NCBI GenBank assembly: GCA_965603825.1
Contig: CBFDEM010000022.1
Coordinates: 248,001-312,000 of the forward strand
Reading direction: 5' to 3'
DNA from: Blepharisma stoltei ATCC 30299
Taxonomy: Eukaryota > Protista > Ciliophora
Length of the DNA stretch: 64,000 nt
The notes below the pieces were generated by a model. That model ran no database searches. It saw only the letters and a program-made list of their open reading frames with translations, and was not told the DNA's origin. Shown in pieces: positions 54,260 to 64,000 of this stretch (its first letter is position 1; each line of letters begins with the position of its first letter). A program made the position numbers and the translations under genes.

Positions 54260-56500
54260 ATGACTTCAATTCAAAAAGCAGACCCTTATTCACTTACAGC
54301 AATTGAAAATTTGTTAGAAACTTGAGAATATTCGCCAGAAAGGGTCTTTTTCGCAGTAAAAGCAATTTCCGATGTTGTTCGATTCCACAGCAACATGCTT
54401 AAAGAATTTGAGCATAGTCTAATGGCAAAATCCTCAAAATCCGAACTGAATGCTGCTTTAGCAACAAAACCAAATATTTCCGATATAATCTCAAGCCTTT
54501 CAGAAATTACATCATCAATAAATAATAAGCCAAACATTGAAGAAATCCAAGATTTAATAGATGAAAGATTTTCTTATAATAATTCCTTATATCAACTTTC
54601 CAAAAAAATTTCTTATGAAGAATTGAATAATGCTTTACAATCAAAAGTAGACTTGATAGACTATAAAAAAGATTACAGGATTTTATATGAAAATTTAAAT
54701 GACGCTACAAAGAAAATACAAGAAACCCTAAGTGAAGGAGACGCCAGAAAAATTTATGAAATTTTAGAAACCAAAGCCAATCTCGAAGATGTAAATGAAG
54801 CTTTGGAACATAAAGCTAACAAGCAGACAGTAGCAAATGCATTGCATAGAAAAGCGAATAGAGGAGAAATTGAAAGTATTTTAGCTTCTAAAGCTGATAT
54901 TAGAGATTTGCAAAATTTACTTGGAGCGATTGAAGCAAAAGTTGAATACGGCGCTTTAGAATCTATTAAAAAAGAAATAGACCAAAAATGCTCAAAAAAA
55001 GATTTAGACGAATTATACGACAGAATCAAAGGCATGAAAAGTCATGAATGCAATAGTGAAATTTTATTGCAGGACTGAAATAAGAACATTGATAAAATCA
55101 AGCAAAAAAATGAACAAGAAATCAATAAAATTATAAGTGAATTAAGAAATTTTGATGAAAAATTATTATTAAAAGCCGACCAAAGCTCAATAAATCAAGT
55201 TCTAGAAATTCTGAACACAAAATCAGAAAAAGAGCAGGTAGAAGAAATTTACAGCCAAAACTCAAAAATAAACGCAGCCTTAAAGCAAGTAAAATCAGAT
55301 TTTACAGAAAAATACAAAAATCTGGAATTCGAATACAAAAGATTTGATGATGAAGTTGGAATTCTGAAAAAAAACTTAGAAAATACAAAAGAAAAAATAT
55401 CAAAAGATTTGTCAGATTCATTTAAAGAAACTAAAAAGATATTTGACACAGATAAAACAGTTATGAATGAAATTTTGAAGCAAGAAACGTTAGAAAGAGA
55501 AAAAATAAAAACTAGTGTAAATGAATTAGTTAAACAAATTTATTTAAAAAAAGAAACTGAAGATGCTATTGAAATAGCAAGTAAAGATTTATTAGCAAAA
55601 TGCAAAAAAGAATCCAAATATAATTTAGAAGCTTTTAACTCAGGAATCGCTGAAATAAAAGCAGAGATGAGAAGCATTTTGAATAATCTAGAAAAGGAGT
55701 TTCTGGTCCAATTAGAAAAAAAATTGAATTTTTCTGATTTTTCTGCAGAAATGGAAGCTAAAGCAGATATTTCAGCCTTAGAAAGAGCAATTGCAAGCCG
55801 AGTTTCTCATGGAGAATTAGAAGAAGTAAAAGCAGAAATGGAGCAATTACAAAGTGAAATTAAAAGAAAAGCAAGCTTAGAGGCCCTTGACAACTCACTT
55901 AAAAGTTTCAAAGAATTAGTAGAAGAAATTAGTAAAGAACTCCTATTAAAAGGAAATATAAAAGATATATTAGCGCTTCTTGATACAAAAGCTACTATTG
56001 AAGAAGTAAATAAATCAATTGAAGAAATATATAGCGATCTTCAATTAAGAGCTCCTTTAGACGATTTTAATAGTCACATCTCAGATCAAGCTTTAATTAA
56101 TGAAGCTTTATGTGCAGAAAATTGCATTGCAAGATGAATTTGAAAAAATGGAGAAACCAGAGGAAATAGTGTGGTTTGGGAAATTCAAAGCGTTAATACC
56201 TGCCCAGATAATTTTATATGGGAAAAAGATTGCATTCAAACACTTGCTCCTGGACTCTATGAAATCAATTATGCATTTTTTGCTAGAAAAAAGCCTACTG
56301 TAACACTAATAATTAATGGAGAGCCGATAGGAATTGCTGGAGGAAGCCAATGCACAAAAACATGGACTCGACATCCAGCTGGAAATGTTTCTGGCTTATC
56401 TGTTATTGATTTTTTGGCCCTCCCAGCAAGAGCTCGAATAAGCTTTGCTTTTTCAAGTGAAGCTTCTGGTGAAGGCTTTTTAGGTCTAAAAAAGTTATAA
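54260..56500 (+). CDS. Coiled-coil/KA-repeat protein with C-terminal C1q/TNF-like beta domain
   Basis: Four TGA=W join the ORFs. Repeated LxxKAxxxxV motif. ARWIWK..VVWEIQSVNT..APGLYEINYAFF..FLALPARARI..GFLGLKKL. Confidence 0.75.
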
Positions 56501-56516
56501 TAACTAATAAATTTAA

Positions 56517-57221
56517 TTATTTTTTCTTCCCTCCAGCATGAAACAGCCTTGAGTTGCATTCTTCACAAATTATTGGTATAAGCTGCTCAGGAGTAATACT
56601 TTTATTCATAACATTTTTCACTTTTTTAACATTTCCTAGCAGGCTTTGGATTTCTTTATTTACTCTGTCCTTTAAATATTCATACTGTTTTACTTCTCGA
56701 TCTACATCGCTAATTCTTTTATTTAATCCATCACATTTTTCTTGACTCTCTTCAAGAAAAGTCTTTAAGTTTGTGATCGCAAATTCTGTTCTTTCATTTT
56801 GGTGAACTGTCTCCCCAATTCTTGATTCTAGATCACAAATATTTTCAAGATGAGCCATATCTCCTGTGTTTATTTTTGACCTTTTCACATCAGCAATGAC
56901 GTCCATTTCTTCGATTTCCTTTACATATTTGTCTCTTTCTGCCTCAGCTTCAGCTAGAGTGGCTTGAAGATCGTTTATTTCATTAGAAACGCTTTTCACG
57001 ACTTGTAGCCGGATTTTTCCATATCTGCAATTGTCGCACATACGTTTCTTTTGGTCATCTCATTGCTTTTTAATAGAATGCTCTTTGCACACACGCTCAT
57101 TACAGAACTTGCAGGTTCTTCTTGGTTTATTTACGCTAAAAGAGGCTTTGCAGATATGACAGCATTCATCGCTAGAAAAGAAGCTAAGGCTTTTCTTTTT
57201 GTCAACTTTTTGATCACTCAT
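56517..57221 (-). CDS. FYVE-like zinc finger plus coiled-coil protein
   Basis: One TGA=W extends the ORF to ATG 57221. CHICKASF..RRTCKFCNERVCKEHS..RMCDNC. Confidence 0.8.
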
Positions 57222-57463
57222 ATTTTTCACCAAGGTTTAGAATTAATAAATTATCTCAAAATAATTAATTATTCTAAATCTTTTATAAAATTTTGTAACT
57301 ACTTCTATCAAAATTATATTGTTTGCTATTGAGAGGAAATTATCTAAAATGGCTTTGGCAAGATCCATCACAAGCATTTAGAGTTGCTTCAAAAACTGAA
57401 ATATCTATATATAATCCATTAATTAATCAATTATATATTAATCAAATTAATTATCATTTCTAT

Positions 57464-58243
57464 TTATATAATAATTTCTTCAAAAATCCACTTTTTTCGA
57501 TCCCACATAAACTCAACAACATTATTATCGTGTTGTGTAATAAACAAATATGCACGAAGTTCATCGTTAATTTTATCATTCCAACTTACAAGAGAAGAGC
57601 TCACACCAGAATACACAAAATTCCCTCTTTTCCATTCATTTCCTGTATATAACCATTCAGTGATTTGATGACCATCAGAAATATAAGCTTTTATTATAAT
57701 TCCAAAATCTCCAGAAAATGAAATTGCCGATATATCATTGCCTTTAACATCAAGTTTTCCATCACTTCATTTGTCGTTGATTTTAATCATTTCTCTGATA
57801 TGTCCATTTGCAATAAATACATGAATGAAGTTGTTATTATTCGAATCATTATAAGAAATCGCCACTTGCTTTGTTAAAAACATCCGCTGGTTTGAAATTT
57901 GAATAAAAATTTCACGAGTTTCTATTGGTAAGCTGTCAGAGCCAATCAAAGCAAATGACAATTGTACTGTATCCCCATTTTTGCATTTTTCTGTACAAGA
58001 AACAGAAAATACTTGTGTCACTATAGGGACATTTAATAGTGTACTTAAAATCATATCAGACTCTTCTTTTATTATTAATTCCTCTGAGCTTGCTTCTGTA
58101 ACAATTCATGCATAGCCATTTGAAATGTCTGGTGTAATCTCTAGATAAATTTCTTGCTCCAAACTTATTCAAGCATGAACTGATAAGTCCAGATTAAAAA
58201 TATTCCCATGGACGATCCCAAATAAGTAAAATATTAATAACAT
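57464..58243 (-). CDS. Secreted protein with chagasin/I42-like Ig domain and three RSL/AAL-type fucose-lectin repeats
   Basis: Three TGA=W give a 259-aa frame. Signal MLLIFYLFGIVHG; PDISNGYAW; repeats AISY..IHVF..GHIRE..W, SAISF..IKAY..QITEWLYTGNEWKRG, SLVSW..RAY..NVVEFMWDRKKW. Confidence 0.75.
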
Positions 58244-58583
58244 TATATGATGGACAATTTAATGATATTAATATTTAGAATATTATATATCAGAAATCTA
58301 ATAAATGTGGCTTATAAATTAATAATGTATTTACATTATAAATTTTGGCAAATTTAATCAGATAAATAATTATAAAGCAGCATTTAATTTATTTTTAATA
58401 AATGATTTTTATTGGAGATAAATTTAAGAATTATTAAATTAATTCATATAATATAAAAGAATATTTAATAATTTTAGAATTTATCATCGCTATTAAGCTT
58501 CACAGTAAAGGCTCCGAAGTATATTAAATAATTAGGACTTTTATCATTGCCATCTTTTAGGCTTATAATATTTGGAAATATTA

Positions 58584-60539
58584 ATGGAAGAGACAAAGTT
58601 TCTCACAGAATCTAGCCCAATTGCACATAGCAAAAGCAGTATAGCTAATTTTACCCCAAAATCCATTGATAATTCGAAGAAAGGGCCGAACTCTCTTCCA
58701 AAATTATTCAATGGAAAACCGCTCAATATTTATAGCTATTTTGCCTTATATTCAAATTCAGGAACTTTCAATGTAAATATACCTACAACACTCATTAAGA
58801 CCGAAGACTCACCACATCCTTTCTTGCTCAGAACTAAAGGCAATGGAATTCTCCACTGCAGAGCATGCAGCCATAGTGAATTTTTCACTTCCAGTCAAAA
58901 ACACAAAAATCGAGAAATTCATATATACTTGTACAAATCTCTATACAGAGAATCAATTGTTTTTCAATCCCAAGAAGCTGCAGAAGAGTTTTGAAAATCG
59001 GCAAAAGATTCTTCTGGAATGATTCAATGCTACATAGAATGTATATCGACACCTGTTTCTATGACAAGAGTCTTGTGAAGAGCAGGAATGAAAACGAAGT
59101 ATTATAACGTCATAAGCTGTGATAAGCGAATTATAAGATCAAGAGAGACTCATAAAAGATCTACTTGCCCTGCAACGTCACTAAAAAAGAAAAAAACAGT
59201 TTCTATAGATTTTAGATACACAAATATGATTTTTAGAACATCATCGTCTATGAATAATCCATTTAAAGTTAATACCCCTTCAATATCTACAATAAAAGAA
59301 AGACCAAAATTAGCTTCAACTTTAACAGAACCAAATCTAGACGACTCAAATTTATCACTTAAAAAATCCAGATCAGATGATCCATCACTTCTAATGTTTA
59401 AGTTTGACCAAAAAAGAAGAGACATTGTCAATGTAAATAATCCAGAGAGCTTCGTCGTAATAGAAAATAAAAACAAAGTCCCTGAAATAGAAGCAATGAT
59501 TAATGAAATCATAAGCTTTTTAAATGCTCACGTATTTAAAGAAGAAGAGCTAAAAGGCGCTATTTTTGAGTTCATGAATGATAAAGACAATAAATGAGTA
59601 TTTCTAAATTGTAAAGAAGTCAGCTTAAATGCTAAAATCCCAGCAGAGATTATTAATTCGAAGAAATGCGAAGAAAGGTCACAAAAAAGAAGGAGCAAAT
59701 CTTTTGTTGTATTAAAATCTTATGAAAATAAGATAGATTCGCCAGAGACATACAAACATTCAGAGCTAGAAAAGCGTCACTCAGTAGTTGATGATAAAAT
59801 TAAGTTGCCTTTTCGAATAAGGACAAGCCATAAGCCAACTCAAGCTACTGGAAGCTGCACAGAAAAAGAAATACTTGAAAGATGCCAAAAAGTTAACGAA
59901 AAACTTGAGCAGATTGTAAATTTAAAACCTTTGAACTACCTTAAAGATGTAGACTTCAAAGAACAAAGCATAAAGGCCTATCAAATTAGATACCAGCTCG
60001 AAAATTACTCGTTTTTTTCATCTCAGAATAGGCCAGAAACGAGCACAACTGAAAGTTCGCCTCTATTAAAATCAGAAAGTACAACGAATGCTGTATTTTC
60101 TGACAAAGTGCTTCACCACACACGAAAATTAATTTCCGAAGGAATTAATCATTTAGACGAAATGAAAATGAACACAGAATTATTAAGAGTAAAAAGCCAT
60201 AACCTCGTTGGAAAATATGGTGGCAGTGAATTTTGAAATCAGTTTATATCATCTTTATATAAAAAAGTCATGTCATTTGAGTCGTTAAATGCCTATTTTA
60301 AAAACTCGAATTTGAAAATGATAATAAGCGGGATGTTCAAAATTTTCAACGGATGTGCCACACTTGAATTCCGAAGACATGTAAGGTCTTCTCATACAAC
60401 TTTAGGGATAAGTGAAAGTAACTTTTCATTGTATATCAAATTATTTGAAGACACTCTTATTGAATTTGATGTAGAAGAAGATGATAAGCAGGTCATAATG
60501 GCACAAATCAGGTCAATGAAGTGCTTAATTTGTAGGTAG
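58584..60539 (+). CDS. ATP-grasp-like protein with C-terminal truncated (2/2, group I-like) haemoglobin domain
   Basis: Four TGA=W join the ORFs into one frame ending TAG. LKGAIFEFMNDKDNKWVFLNCK; LVGKYGG..LYKKV..LNAYFKN..RSSHTTLGISESNF..FEDTLIEFDV. Confidence 0.75.
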
Positions 60540-60645
60540 AGTCCATTAATAATAAATGCACAGAATAATTAAAATGTGTTAGTAATAAAAAAATCAAATA
60601 AATCTTTCAAGCCAATATATGAAAAATAACGCTATACAATTTTAA

Positions 60646-61291
60646 ATGGAAGGTAATTCTGAATTCACCAATATAAAACGTAATTACTACAAAAGTCATC
60701 ATTATAGGAGCTTCTGGAGTGGGAAAGACTGCACTTATTCACAAATTAACTGGTAATGAAGATATTTTTCCAACAGTTGGGCTTGAGTATACACCTTTTC
60801 AGGTAAAAATGAATAATGAGAAAACTATTTGTTTCCAAATCTGAGATATGTCAGGAAATGAAAAATATAAAGATATTACTACCCCGTATTGGTAATTTAG
60901 ATTATTGAAAAGGCCTGATTTTTGTTTGCTTGTGCTTGACTTATCTTCTAGAAAAAGTTTTGAAGAGCTTGACAGATGATATAATTTATTAAAAGAAAAT
61001 TCTGAAGGAAATTTTACAAGCTATTTATTAGGAAATAAAGCTGATTTAGAGAGAGAAATTTCAGAAGAAGAAATAAATGAATGAGCAAGACCTAGAAATA
61101 TTGAATATTTTGAAACTTCAGCTATTTGAAAGAAAAACAAAAGCGAAGAATTCCAGCTTGGAATCGAGCCAATTTTTCAGAAAATTGGTCAAAACTGTCC
61201 AAAAAATAACACCTACAATGGACTTCCCTTAAAAATAATTAGACCACTTAAAACTTTACACCCTAGAAAACACAACTGCTTTTGCTGTTAA
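60646..61291 (+). CDS. Divergent Rab-family small GTPase
   Basis: Absent from the ORF track. Introns 60680-60695 (16 nt) and 60886-60900, four TGA=W. GASGVGKT, PTVG, IWDMSGNE, GNKADL, ETSA, C-terminal CFCC. Confidence 0.9.
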
Positions 61292-61307
61292 CTAAACAAT
61301 TTTTAAT

Positions 61308-64000
61308 TTATTCTTCAATTGCAATAAAATAAGTCTGCAGAATTTGGCTACGAAATCGTTCTTTATATGTATTTGGATGTGTAATTGTAGGCAATTCAGC
61401 ACCTACAACTTTTTTATAATTGCTTTCAATGACTCGTTCGAATGTATATTGCTCTACATAATCAATAATCCCTGCTGCAATTTTCCGCTGCTCTAGAGAT
61501 ACTATAATAAGTAAAGAATAATCAACGATATTTTGTTTTGATAAGAAAAGAGAATCATTCCATACAGCAGCGTCAAAAATTCTTTTGAATTCAGGAGAAA
61601 TATTGATAGGAACTCCAAAAAAATCGTCTAGAAAATTAATGTCCATTTTTGTGCGTTTTTCGCCTGATCTTACCTTTCTTCTAGAATTGGCAGTTCCTTT
61701 TAAGTCATAGGTGAAGCATTTTTCAGGCATATTGAACCCGACATTTTCATATAATAATGCACACTCTACCCGAGATCTTCCAGTGCCTTGGTTTTTTATG
61801 TAAATCCTGAAAGCTCCTAATGTTCTTACAAGTAAGGACGGCATGCTATGAAAAAAGCTTTTGCAGACATGCCGAAAATAATTAGGTGCTAAATCAATAA
61901 ACATGTGAAATTCTTTTTCGTCAACAATTTTCAATATATATTTCCCATCATGCGAAGTTCTAAAAGTCGCGCCACTTTTGCCAAGCTGCATTTGATTATT
62001 TTGTGAAGCATAAATCGACATTAAAAACTCTTCAGCAGATCCACAAACAAATAGTCGGCATGCATTAAATTGAAATGGAAAGCATATTTGGACTTTTATA
62101 GTCAAATGAGGGCCATATAGTCTTCTCATGTCATCTTTATGGGCAAGCTCATTAAATGCATCATCGTCATATGTAGAAATTTGAAACTCAAAATGGTCTT
62201 CACTGCCTGATAGTAAAGATGCCTCAATTTGGTTATTTTTATCTAGCTGTGGATTTGAATTTGACATTATAAAATCTTTATACTTTTCTGTAGACAGCGT
62301 ATAAGCTATTATTGACAAAGAATCTTGCTCATCAACCGGGACACAAATAGAATCCTTTACAAGTGGAAGCGTTAAACACCCTCTCTGCATATAAAGAAAA
62401 TGCGATGATTGTATTAGCTCATCATCTTTGTTAGATAAATTCACCTTTTTTATTGCGAAAGAGTCGTGAATCATCGTAGAAAGCTCATGTTTACTTTCAT
62501 TAAAAGAAGCAGTGTCTGCTAATTCGTTTTGTGTTTCAAAGAAAGAGTTTAAATTTGAAGAAATTTCATTTATCGTCACATTTTCTCCTGACTTTACCCT
62601 TCTTACATTATTTGCAATGTTTTCAATATTTACCTTTGTGGAGCAAAATTGGAAGAATAGAGCTCTTCTATATGTTTCTAGCTGTAAAATATTGGAGAAC
62701 TCAGAAATGTCTATGTTTTGCAGCTTTTCTACTAGTGAAGATAAAAAATCAATATCATAGACAATTTCTTGACGCAATTTTTCCCATTTATTTTGGGTAT
62801 CTTTTGATTCTTCTTCAGAAAATAATGAACTTATGACTCTTGACATGTCTTTGCAATTACTTATCATATCATCGAGCACGTCTTTTGCTGCCATTTTCAT
62901 TTCATTATAAGTTTTATTCAATAGCGTGTTATAATATCTTCCCATGTCTTTATTTCTAGATGTAACTAAATCAAAAATCGGGTTTTCTTCCCATTGAACA
63001 GTGACTTTGATTCCAAATGCATGGAATTGAAATCTCGCAAATTTATAATAGTCATGTCTGCAACTTCGATGGTCATGAAACAGGTCTTTTTTGACAAAAA
63101 AATTGTCAATGAATTTATTAAAAGAATACTCTCAGGTTGCTTTGCTTAAAATTTCTGATTTCTCGTCAGTTTTTCCACATGCTTTGCATTCTTTACTAAC
63201 TACGATGTCTCTTATTGGACAGGTTGATTTTCCAAGCCGAATTTTAATTCTGCCTCCTGATTTTAAATAGTAAAAAGAATGGACACCTCAGATTCTACCA
63301 CATTCGCATCTCTCATTTGATTTTTTGATGGTGGAGATAATAAATTCTCCCAAAGGAATATCATTTTCTTTATAAAAATCAATGGTCATGCTTTTAGGCC
63401 TTATACACATATTATGTCCACAGACAACGAGATATTTATAGGCAGTTGACTCTTTAAAAAAATTCAAAAAAATATCAGGGTAGTTTTCAAGCCTGCACTG
63501 CGTAAAAGCTCTTTTTTCTAGTCTTACATTGCGATATTCTAGACTGAGCTGTCTAATTAAACTGGCTACCTTTTTAAGCTCAGGTTTATCAGGCCCAGAT
63601 AAAATAATTGTGGCCCCTAATGAATTATCTGCAGAGCCTTTAAAGTATAAATATGTGGACTGTCCAATATTTTTTTGGAAAAATTCTTCACATTCCGCTA
63701 AATACTTTACCAAATGAGAAATTTGGTCCACAGATGTTAGAATTTGCCCTTGAGCGACCCTTGCAAGCATAGTTAGAATTTTCATTTTCACATTAATAAT
63801 AGTCGATATCCCCATTTTTGAAAGCTCATTTATGATAGGCTGTGACAAGCCTTTTTCAGATACTATCACTGTTGGGCTGATTTTTTCGATTTTTTTGATT
63901 AAGATTTTCGTTAAATCTCCTTCCTGATCTATTAAATTATCCATTGAAACGATTCTCTTTTCTGTAAAAAACGAATCAGTAGCTCCTTGCAATAATAAAA
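61308..64000 (-). CDS. FAB1: Fab1/PIKfyve-like PI(3)P 5-kinase, 5'-truncated by the window edge
   Basis: TCP1-like domain (IVSEKGLS, GATIILSGP), Cys-rich region (TWEYSFNKF), PIP5K domain (GKSGATF, YDLKGT, DSLFLSKQNIVDYSLL, GIIDY, PTITHP..YKERF). Joined by two TGA=W. Confidence 0.9.

Overview
This is gene-dense, AT-rich eukaryotic DNA that reads as a heterotrich ciliate somatic (macronuclear) chromosome, most likely Blepharisma (inference). Two properties break the supplied ORF track. First, UGA is a sense codon for Trp: it sits in frame at invariant Trp positions of PRP8, PHD fingers, a Rab and PIKfyve, and opposite TGG in paralog pairs, while all complete genes end in UAA/UAG. Second, genes carry tiny 15-16 nt GTA...AG introns with an invariant A at position 10; I reconstructed 20. 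Re-read this way the window holds about 37 protein genes, including PRP8, TFIIE-alpha, RFC1, MDH1, a kynurenine aminotransferase, a SOS1-like Na+/H+ exchanger, Fab1/PIKfyve, a Rab, and SET, PHD, RING and EF-hand proteins. The most interesting items are: (a) a three-gene array A-[C'::A']-C in which tandem duplication appears to have fused a PWWP chromatin reader to a catalytically dead Ulp1/SENP domain; (b) an ATP-grasp-like protein with a C-terminal truncated (2/2) haemoglobin; (c) a secreted chagasin-like plus three-blade RSL/AAL-type fucose-lectin fusion; (d) a CENP-B/pogo-type HTH protein with no DDE domain; (e) a CUB-TM-RING receptor-like ligase absent from the ORF track; (f) a TA-bounded 96-bp inverted-repeat element. 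I recognised no rRNA, tRNA, CRISPR or telomeric repeat. All domain calls are by eye from motifs; no searches were run.
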